Origin: Octopus sinensis
Lineage: Eukaryota
Assembly: GCF_006345805.1 (NCBI RefSeq)
Contig: NW_021832865.1
Coordinates: 30,216 to 94,215, forward strand
Reading direction: 5' to 3'
DNA length: 64,000 nucleotides
Position numbers and translations under genes: made by a program. Positions 54,370 to 64,000 of the stretch are shown here, in pieces. A model generated the notes under the pieces. The model ran no database searches and was not told where the DNA came from. It saw only the letters and a list, made by a program, of their open reading frames with translations. Numbering within the stretch: the stretch's first letter is position 1; every line of letters starts with the position of its first letter.

Positions 54370-55077
54370 CCCCTTACCCAACAATTATTTTGAAAATGAA
54401 TGTATTTTTTCAGACATATTTTTTAATTGTTTTATTTTACTATGTTTTGAATGGTGATTTCGAGGTATATTTCAAACCTTATTTATTATGAATTTTAATT
54501 CAATAATATTGATTTTAAATTACCGCTTTGGGCAGAAACGAGTTAACCTGTTTTTTTCATAAATCATATTACTTTTACAAAAAATCATGTTATTTTATTT
54601 GGTTATCTTATTTTCCAAATTTAGAATGAATGATCAAAACATGATTGTTTACTTCTGTTGATTTTATTACTTCAAAACTTAGTAATGACAAAAAAGAGAG
54701 ACAAAATAATGAATTATCATCATCAGAGCTCGACATGGTGGGGTTATAATATAAAGGTATAAAAAAAAACAACGTAAAAACAAAGTGAATACTTCTATTC
54801 ATAAAATGTGCCTTCCAACCCTTCAACTGTCTCCAGGTGACTAAATCATACTCGGTCTTCAATGCCTTACTCAAGCGAAAGGTGGCAGAAATCGTCACTG
54901 CCAGAGGTATAAAGTGAGTGAATATACTCGTATTTGTCAAAAAAGAGTTTATAATAGACAAAGGAACTCGTTTGCTGTCGATTTTGGCGAGTCTATCTTT
55001 TGACGAGTTAACTTGCCAGAGATAGAAAAAAACGATTTCGGTCAAAACGCATATATTCGTTTCTGCCGGGTAAGGGG
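54370..55077. mobile_element. piggyBac-type MITE
   Basis: TTAA|CCCCTTACCC ... GGGTAAGGGG|TTAA. Confidence 0.8.
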
Positions 55078-56049
55078 TTAAAGCCCTTTTCGGAGCTACT
55101 TTATTTGAATTCTTACTATTGGGTAATTAATTTCATGTTATTATATAACTGACTTCACAATTTGGGTATTCATAACTTATTAGGAATTCTTAAAAACAAG
55201 ATCCTGTGTAAATACACAAAAACCGTTTTAAGGGCCACATACTTTGTATTGTTGTTACTGGATTAGTGAAACAATTATGAGAATGAAACCAAGGAATAAG
55301 CCCTGCTTTCCTGGGAATTACTGGGTACATCAGATAGTAATTAATTGCCAGAAGGTCTATTAAAAATAATAACGATAGAAGCAGTATTAATACCAAAATA
55401 TAATATTTATGCCTTTCCACTGTAACAAAAAAATGAAGGAAATTTCTGTCCACTGTAGAATTGTTTGAGAACCTTTTTCTCTTTGAATCTTTTCTCTTTT
55501 CTTTGTTATGAAGGACCACGGTCTGAATTGTCAGGTTTCCTCTCATTCTTCCTTACAATGTAAAAATAATTACCTTGTACTCCTGTTTGTTCCTGAAATA
55601 GCTTTGGACAAACAGGATGTAACAAAAACGCCTCAAATTCAACATTCTTGATAGACATTTTGACTGCAAACACAAGGTTCAACGGTTCTAACCATGATGG
55701 TAACTGGATAGAAAAAAAAACAGTAGAACTTCAGCTACATGAAGACACCATTACCACATGTTTAACTTCACTAACACCATGTTGGTGGCCATGTAAAGCA
55801 TGGGAGGTTTTTCTGCTCTATTCACTGTATTACCATATTGACACAGGTCTCATGTCTCCCAAAAGGCAGGAAGGCCATGGATAGAATATCTTTGATCTGA
55901 GTGACAAAGTAATTTTCCTCATTTCCTTATTACAGAGTAGAAATAAATCATTAAATATTTCAAATATTTTGTTTTTATTAAATTAAATCTCTTCTCTTTG
56001 CAAAAATGGGAAAATAAAAATATAAATTGATTCTTTTTTGTTTTAACAG

Positions 56050-56077
56050 GAATTTGATGAATATCTCCGAAACAGAG
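56050..56077 (+). CDS. Putative 28-nt micro-exon of the macro-PARP (EFDEYLRNR, final helix of macrodomain 2)
   Basis: Strong polypyrimidine tract and AACAG acceptor, AG|GTAAAA donor. Provides the phase 0 to 1 bridge needed between 40056 and 60868 and gives ..DTEVVK-EFDEYL, paralleling ..KEVIRAFKLHL of macrodomain 1. Confidence 0.7.
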
Positions 56078-56187
56078 GTAAAACATTTGTTTGTTAATAT
56101 TGAATATTACGGTGTCTTGTCATGTCATTCTATGTTAAACATTACTGATAATTACTATTTTGGTTTTATTTCTGCAAGGAATTATGT

Positions 56188-57070
56188 TGATAGCAAGTTA
56201 CTACCTGCAGCCTCAGGTAGCCACAAGTTTTTAGCAGTCTTTCAAGTGCTTACAACCCTCCTGATAATCCTTGCTGTACCTAAAAGACAAACTTTCTGTA
56301 GAAGCTCTTCCGGGTATTCTATTTCAATATCCTTCAGCCATTTGTCTATATTTTGGCTTCCTGTTCCCAACACACCAATTATTATAGGCACCACCTTTAC
56401 TGTTTGCATGCTCCAAATTCTTCCTATTTCAAATTTTAAGGGATTGTATTTACTTTGTTTTTCTTCTTCTTTACGATCCTGGAATCAAACAGACATGATG
56501 GGTCGATAAGTAAGCAGCTTCTCTTTTCCTTATCTATGACTGTAATATCTAGTCTATTGTTTTCTAACTTTTTCTCCATTTGAATAGGAAAGTCCCATAA
56601 AATCTTACATTTCTCCAACTCCAATTCTCTTTTGACTCAATGATTGTGCTTTGTGTTTCCAGCTTCAAATCCCCATTTCTGGCACAGTTTCCAGTGTAAA
56701 ACTTTTACAACCTGGTCGTGCCTCCGTTTCTTATATTCTTCCTGTGCCAACTTGGGGCATTCTTCCACGATGTGTGCCATTGACTCATTCTAAGTTCCAC
56801 AGGCTCTACATTTTTCTGACACATTCTCTCCATATATATTTTTACTCAAGTTGTTTGTTTTTATCGCTTGATCTTGGACTGTTACAATTAGGCTCTCTGT
56901 TTCTTTTTTTAATTGGCCCCTTTTTAACCAAGCCCAGGATTTTGTTCCACAATATGTCTTTAGTGACTCTCCAGAATTGGCCATGCAGACGTTCCTCTTC
57001 AATCTGTCTGACATGATATCTTTGCATTTCATCCTTGTCCTTCTATCCTATTACATGCTTGATCCTCTTT
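56188..57070 (-). mobile_element. R4/Dong-like element 3' fragment
   Basis: SWAWLKRGQLKKETESLIVTVQDQAI..CRACG and KILWDFPIQ...NNRLDITVIDK. Confidence 0.82.
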
Positions 57071-58189
57071 TTTTTTATTCATTTCACAGAAAGTTCTTTC
57101 AGAAATAAGACTAAACTTTGTTTCTTGCACAGAAGATTGCTTGCTTCCAGTTTTGCACTCCCAAGCAACAGCATTCTGGGAACTACAGTACCATTTGGAT
57201 TAGGATTTGCTAATAGGTTCAGATATCTATAATACAAGACATTAAGAGGGTTAAAGTATGTAAACTGAATAAAAATATTAGATTTAGAATTGAACCAAGC
57301 CTCATAAAATCTAACCAAAAAATATAAACTTGATATTGATTCTAATTGGTTGTAATTCTTATTAAAAGACTATCTTGAACATTATAATTTCTAATTGAAG
57401 AGAAGAGCTTTGGACTTTGTGATGAAGAAATTATTCTAAAATACCATCTTGCAATAAACTAAAATAACGTCTTTTGAGAGGGGAGTTAACTCTTCAATGT
57501 CTTATGAGAGGGGAGTTAACTCATCAATGTAGTCTTCCATGACCATCTCATGTGTGATGATACAACATAAGTTACATCCAATTATTACTTTAGGAAAAAG
57601 AACCATAAATGTAATCTGATTGTAAATATTAAATTAATTAATAGTTATTATCATACTTAATGAGCTGATTCATTACCTCATTAATTGAAAGTTTATAGCT
57701 AGGCTCCTACTGAGTTTTGAACCATCACACTCAGGTTCTTCAGCATGGAACCATATTGTCAGCAAAGGAAAACCAGTTATGGAAAATAAATCATGCCACT
57801 ATGAAAGGCGCTAACACCTCTGTGAACATGGCTTGGCCAATCAGATCAGCTGATGTACAACCAAGGGCAATGGAATTTTCCCACCAAATAGTCTGGTCAA
57901 ACGTTTTTTGGAAAACCCTGCTGGGCATTATAAAAATTCTTATTTTGCATTTCTAGACAGAATGAGCTCTGATACTTCACAGATGTTCTCACTTTTCTTT
58001 TTCTGCTTAGAACAACCTACGGTGCTTCTCAAAGCTGTGTCAGTCAGTTTTGTGAGAAGACATTTTCATTGTTTCTATTAATTTTTTTCTCAGTAATTAT
58101 GAACTGTCTTTGTATTACTATTCAGCATATTATACAGTGAAAACTTGTACTTATTTCCATTCAGTATCACTTGACTATTACTTTAGCAA

Positions 58190-58440
58190 GCAGAAGAATA
58201 TGTGGAAATATGTGGGTATGACAAAAGGTCCTTTCAGAACCATATTTAACAATCCTAAAAATTTCCATTAATGTCCAGGAGAGACATAATGCCACAACCC
58301 TGGCTAGACACATATGGTTATTGAAGAAAAATGCCATGGATTATAACATCAAGTAGAGAGTGATAGGGAGGTGCAACCGTTACTTCAATAGTAGCAGACG
58401 GGGAAGGTTAAACCTTGCTTAGAAAAGAACAATATTCAAG
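58190..58440 (+). mobile_element. Highly degenerate Penelope-like GIY-YIG fragment
   Basis: Manual translation YVGMTKGPFRTIFNN.K ... NATTLARHIWLLKKN..DYNIK resembles PLE YIG.T...FK.R..NH ... T.LS.HIW.LK. Confidence 0.55.
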
Positions 58441-58529
58441 AACTCTCTTCATTCAGACACTTAACTAAAGCCTAAACTGCAAGGGTGAGTTTTACTTCCC
58501 TGGGCATGGATACATTGTAACTCAACGTC

Positions 58530-58955
58530 TGGCAGCTGACCTGGCAGACACCCATAAAATTATTAACCATATTACAAACAATAACTCTGAGCACCTTTTC
58601 AAACTTCATCTGTCTAACACCCGTGGACATGTTTACAAAGTCAGAAAACAGCACAATTCCCATGACTTTCGGAAACATTTTTTCACGCTAAGAGTTGCTG
58701 AAGCATGGAACAAACTGCCGGTATCAGTTGTTAGTTGTCGGAGCACTGTATCCTTCAAAACTTCCATGCTTCCTGAGATTCGCCAATACTACACCTGATT
58801 TTCTCCCCTCCATACACACGCAAGCATGTATCTGATTCATACACTGTTCGCTTCCCAGACATTTGTACATTACTGCATATACTTTATATGCACTTTTGAC
58901 AAGTTGTGGTGCACCTGAGCACTGTATACAATAATTTCATTATTATTATTATTAT
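58530..58955 (+). mobile_element. CR1-type LINE 3' end
   Basis: TRGH.YK..K......FRKHFFTLRVAEAWNKLP followed by a 3' UTR and (ATT)n tail. Confidence 0.75.
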
Positions 58956-60867
58956 ATGCCTGCATGAAAAATAGTATGTGATCAGTTATCTACAAACTCT
59001 ACCATAACATTACGATTTCCACCAGCAGTCTTTCCAACACCACAACCTAAGAGTCCAATACTGACTACACCGAACCATATGCACATAAACACATAGATAT
59101 GCATCCGCATGAGTTTAAAGGTTTGGGTGCCTTCCCATGTCCTCTTTCCAAGTCCCTGCTTCCTGCACCAACTCCATACTGCCCACACTCAAACTCCACT
59201 TTACTGGCAGTTATTTCTCACTCAGGGATTTGGGGCCAGGGACATAACCTTTGATGGAGTCCCTTCACTAGCTGTTTCCTACAGCAACTACAACCGGATG
59301 CGTTACTTAAGATATTGTAAACTTTATGATTAACGCAACTTCTCTGTTGATAAATGTACAAGTGCCTGGTATTTCTCTTATGGAGTCTTAGACAATTTAT
59401 ATGCCTTGCTCATCATTTAATGTCCATCTTCCATTTTGGCTTGGGTTAAGCAGTTTGACAGGATCTGGTGAGATGCATTAGGCATGATTTCCATGGCTGG
59501 CTGCCCTTCTTAATACCAAGCACTTTACAGTGTGGACCGGAAGCTGCTTTTTCCATGACCCCAGTGCTAGTGAGGTCACCAAGTAACTTGTAATAGAAAG
59601 TGAAGAATGGAAAGAGCCCTGTAAAAGTGGGTGGGAGTGAATTTGGGAGAGGGGTAGGTGGCTTTATATCCGGGGCAGGAGAGATTTGATAGAGGGTCAA
59701 GTAGGGGTGTCTTGATATGGGGGAAATTCACGACTTGCTTATATTTTTTACAAAAGTGAATGAAAGTAGCTGGAAGGGAGAAAGATGGTGGTCATAGGGT
59801 GCAAGTGCATACTCTCAGTTTGCAAGGATGTGTGTATGGGGAGAGAATATAGAATGTGGATGAGGAAGGTAAGAAAGAGAGGGTAATTTCATAAGAATAT
59901 GGGATGAGAGGCGTGGCAGATGGTTAGTGATGGGGCTAGAGGTGGATGTAGTGAGTGAGGAACAATGGTTTGGGGTGGAGTTGATGGCAAATATCTGTAT
60001 GGAGTGGGGCAAGTGAGAGTTAGATGAGGTTTGGGTAGGAGGGAGTGACAAGTAGCAACGTAGGAGTAGCAGAGGAGAGCAGCAGAATCATAAATTCATA
60101 GACAAGGAAGTACAGAGATGATGCACAGGATGTGACAGTGGAAGGGATGGGTTGATGATGATGATCAACTGGGACAGAGATGGGAGTTAGAGATACATGA
60201 GGATGGCTATAGTGAGTGGGGAGACAAAATTGGAGGGAGTATTGATAATGGATGTGAGAGGGCGTTGAGAATAAATGCAGATAGGAGAAGTGTTAAACAT
60301 CAAGAATGGCAAACTAAGATGTAGCTAAGAGTGGGAAGGGAAAGATTAGGGAAGGGGCAAAAAGGGATGATCGATGGAAGGTTGTACGAACGGAGATGAT
60401 GATGATGATGAAAGAGAGGCAACTGGTATTAATGAAAAGGGGTGAGAAGTGTTGTGCAGATTCTGCTCTCAAATGCTTACAGCAACAAAGTAGGGCCATA
60501 GTTAGAAGTGTAATGGAGGGATGGGTGTTAGGAAAATGAGATGTGGTGAAGGGTATGGTTGACATGGGCAAATGTCGGTGTAGGGCCCAACATGGACAGG
60601 AATAAGCACAATGCATTTAGGACCTCACTTTTGCTATGATGGATGTGTCTTTATATGTCATTTTGTTCAACTTGCATCAGTAGGTGTGTGGCCAGGTGGA
60701 AAACTGCACCAGACTTCTGTACATGCCAAAACAGACATAGAGGTCTGGTGCCATCTTCTACCTGGCAAGTTCCTGTCAAATGATCCAACCCATGCCAGCA
60801 TGGAAGGTAGATGTTGAACGATGATGATGGTCATAATGATGACACACTGATATTTGTTTATTTCCAG

Positions 60868-61004
60868 AAACTAAATTATCAAGCCCATCCTTTCCTGGTC
60901 CACAACTGAAAACAGTCTCTATCATACCCAGAACTAATGTGGCATCCGGAGAAAATGCTGGCATTAAAATAAACTTAATGATTGGTTCAATTTCTAATGT
61001 ATCT
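60868..61004 (+). CDS. Macro-PARP exon: linker and start of macrodomain 3 (duplicate of 37443-37576)
   Basis: TTTCCAG acceptor, |GTGAGT donor, open frame, phase 1 to 0. Confidence 0.85.
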
Positions 61005-61285
61005 GTGAGTAAATAGATTCACTTAACATATTTATATTTAATTGTTATTTCATTTCCAAATGAGGAATCATTACAGTTAATTAAAACATTTTCTCAATCT
61101 AACTCAAACATTTCATTTCCTTCACATCTGATATCTTGAGTAAATCTTTTGCTAACTTTAACAACCTCAAACTTACTACAGCCATTCTGTAGAGCCTTTC
61201 TTAACAACAATATCAACTGCAACAATGTATCTCTCTTCTCTCCACGGAATGTTCCTTAGTTGTTTACCATTAATTACTTTTGTAG

Positions 61286-61513
61286 GTTGATGTCATCGTT
61301 AACAGCACCAATGAACACCTCCAGCTTGACAGTGGTTCTATCTCCAAATCTATTCTCAATGCTGCTGGTCCACAGATACAAGCTGAATGTAACCGGAAAT
61401 ATCCTCAAGGTATTTCTACATCTAAAATAGCCATCACTGAAGGATATAACCTCAACTGTGAGAATGTAATTCATCTGGCATTACCTCCCTGGGATGAAAA
61501 TTCATCTGATTCA
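61286..61513 (+). CDS. Macro-PARP exon: macrodomain 3 (duplicate of 37856-38083)
   Basis: VDVIVNSTNEHLQLDSGSISKSILNAAGPQIQAEC...; canonical splice sites, 228 nt open. Confidence 0.92.
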
Positions 61514-62265
61514 GTAAGTATCAATCATATTATATTGATTTATTGAAAGAGTTGTTGTACAACCCTAGGTTATCATTGATCCAGCATCTCTGTGGCATGA
61601 ACGGAATTGTCCATAAAACTATGCACAATCCACAGATGTGTTTTTCCAGTCATACAACACTTCCGTCTGCTTCAAGACAGAAGCATGTACTTTGATGTCC
61701 AGTGACGTACAGTATGGGCTACAGTGTGACAGTCTGGTGTTGTGGTATTCTGTACAATTTCCAAAGCATGGATTCTGGTTGTTTGAAATTGATGTAGACT
61801 CTATTGTAGATATTCCCTGAACATTTCGACTCAACCATAGTCTCTTGTGTGCAGTGTAGAATCTTTTGTGCCTGTGGCACCCTGCCTTGTGGGTGGTTTT
61901 GTTGCTTCTTGCAGTATGTTCTCACCCAGATTTCCCTCTTGTAAATAATAATTAATCTCTCCTCTTCCCTATTATTTTTTTGTTAATTGCAAAATTCCAC
62001 CTGAATTACACTGTGCAACCACCAAATCTTGGAACATTTCTCTTTCCATTCACGGCATCCATATCTTCACTCAGACCAGACTTCCTGCTATCACATGATC
62101 TGTGTTGATCCTTCTGTCACATGATCCATGTTAATCCAATGACCACATGATCTGTTAATCCAATAATCACTAGAAGTTGTTTAATGTTATTTGAATCTGT
62201 AAAACATTTCTGGTTGAAACAACAAATTCCATGTGCAATGTGTTGATCAAAGAATATATTCATTA

Positions 62266-62399
62266 TTTACATTTGATGGATATTTGTCCTCATCTTGTTT
62301 GTTGTTAACACAACGTTTCGGCTGATATACCTTCCAGCCTTCATCAGGTGTCTTGGGGAAATTTTGAACCTGCGTTCTTATTCCTAAGGTATTTTTCAA

Positions 62400-62439
<40 letters not shown>

Positions 62440-62806
62440 GTTCAGGTCACTGCTTGGAATCAAACTCGGAATCTTAGGGTTAGTAGTCCACGGGCATATG
62501 GCATAGTGGTTAAGAGTGCAGGCTATTAACACCAAGATTCTCAGTTCGATTCCAAGCAGTGACCTGAACAACAACGATGACAACACCAACAACAACAACA
62601 ACAATAATAATTATAATAGTAATAATAACAACAACATCGAAAAATACTTTAGGAATGAGAACCCAGGTTTGAAATTTCCCCAAGAAACCTAATGAAAGCT
62701 GGAGGGTATATCAGCCGAAACATTGTTAACAACAAACAAAATGAGGACAAATATCTGTCAAATGTTAATAATGTACATAATTCCTCCTCTCTTAAATATA
62801 GAACTG
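62266..62806. mobile_element. Head-to-head pair of tRNA-headed, hammerhead-containing SINE-like elements within one TSD
   Basis: + arm 62492-62806 has A box TGGCATAGTGG and B box GTTCGATTCC. - arm 62266-62491. Flanked by AAAGAATAT(A/T)TTCATTA at 62249-62265 and 62807-62823. Confidence 0.8.
62307..62352 (-). ncRNA. Minimal type I hammerhead ribozyme (Penelope-type)
   Basis: Minus strand GACAC-CTGATGA-A-GGCTG(GAAGGTATAT)CAGCC-GAAA-CG-TT-GTGTT: stems I and II pair, core intact, palindromic AACGTT in place of stem III. Confidence 0.75.
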
Positions 62807-62904
62807 AAAGAATATTTTCATTACAACTTAATGATTTCTTCCTGTAATAAGAAAATAATTTAATAAAATGTTAATTATCAATTACTAAACAATTATTTTT
62901 TCAG

Positions 62905-63126
62905 ATATTGCGAAACTTGACTAGCATGGTAGACACTTGTCTAGGAACTGCTTCATGTCTTAGTGCAAAAAGCCTTGCATTTCCTATATTAGGAGCTGGA
63001 GTATTGAAATATCCCATTGAAAAACTACCTGGAACTATGTATGAAGCAGTCAAAGAGTCACCTCGAAAATACGATATCAAAGATGTTTACTTTGTTGTTT
63101 TCCCTAAAGACACAGAAATAGTAAAG
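62905..63126 (+). CDS. Macro-PARP exon: macrodomain 3 C-terminal half (duplicate of 39829-40056); gene continues beyond the window
   Basis: TTTTTCAG acceptor and AAG|GTTGGT donor. SLAFPILGAGVLKYP...IKDVYFVVFP. Confidence 0.92.
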
Positions 63127-63176
63127 GTTGGTTGACGTATTTGTTGTGCATTGTATCATGTTCCTCCTCCTCCTCA

Positions 63177-64000
63177 TCATCATCATCATCACCATCATCA
63201 TCATCATTATCACCATCACCACCACCACCACCACCATCGTCATCATCATTTACTGGGGAGCTGCACCAGATTCCAATCTGATTTGGCATGGTTTCTATGG
63301 CTGGATTCCCTTCCTAACACCAACCACTCCAAGTGTGTAGTAGTGCTTTTTACGTGCCATTGGCATGGGTGCTAGCTACACAATACTGGCATCAACCACA
63401 TCTATGAGCCCACTTGGTTTGACAGGTCTTCTTAAGCATGCTATATTACCAAAGCTCTCAGTCACTTGTCACTGTCTCTGTGAGGCCTAACTATGATTTC
63501 ACTTGGCTTGATGAGGCATTTCAAACACAGCATATCGCCAAAGGTCTTGGTTACCTCTGTGAGGCTCAATGTTCTATGGTCATACTTCACCACCTCATCC
63601 CATGTCTTCCTGGGTCTGTCTCTTTCACAGGTTCCCTCCACTATTAGAGTGTGTGGCACTTCTTCACACAGCTGTCCTTGTCCATGTGTATCCCATGACC
63701 ATACCAGCACAGTCGTATCTCTTGCACACCACATCTGATGCTTCTTATGGTTAAGTTTTTTTCTCAAGATGTTTACACTCTGCCATGTATGCACACTGAC
63801 ATTGCACATCTAGCAAAGCATACTGGCTTCATTTCTCTCAAGCCTACACATGTCCTTGGCTGTTATAGCCCATGTTTCACAGTCATGTAGCATGGCTGTT
63901 CACACACAGGCTTCATAAATCTGCCTTTCACTGAGAGAGGCCCTTTGTTGCTTGCAGGGGTAGGGGCTCTTTGAACTTAGCCCAGCCTATTCGTATTCTC
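63177..64000 (-). mobile_element. RTE LINE 3' part (runs off the window)
   Basis: (CAT)n tail, 3' UTR, MCNVSVH..RPRKTWDEVVK remnants. Confidence 0.85.

Noticed and set aside
56179-56216. Second small AG..GT exon candidate after the micro-exon
   Set aside because: Overlaps the 3' tail of the R4-like element, has a weak AAG acceptor, and would break phase with exon 60868.
62492-62565. Functional tRNA gene
   Set aside because: Acceptor and T stems do not pair properly and the sequence continues into a repeated body, so it is a SINE head.

Overview
AT-rich, repeat-dense eukaryotic genomic DNA. The repeat inventory suggests an octopus or other coleoid cephalopod (inference): RTE LINEs with (ATG)n tails, tRNA-derived SINEs sharing the RTE tail, R4/Dong-like and CR1 LINEs, Penelope fragments, a Helitron, piggyBac/hAT MITEs and abundant microsatellites. 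One host gene crosses the window on the + strand. It is a PARP14/PARP9/PARP15-like multi-macrodomain gene that I reconstructed by hand as 10 phase-compatible exons (14684-63126). The protein has an RRM-end/KH-like region, a MacroD-type macrodomain 1 with intact hydrolase motifs, and two reader-type macrodomains produced by an intragenic 3-exon duplication. The 5' start and any WWE/ART catalytic domain lie outside the window. Most notable observations: (i) the duplicated macrodomain exons diverge faster than their introns, mostly by non-synonymous changes; (ii) a tRNA-headed SINE-like element carries a Penelope-type minimal hammerhead ribozyme and is present as three copies, two of them forming a head-to-head insertion inside one target-site duplication; (iii) the RTE ORFs carry a PHD-like finger inserted after the RT core; (iv) a non-autonomous Helitron with both termini intact has its coding repeat expanded to a ~40-copy 69-bp array. 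All counts were made by eye; no database searches were run.
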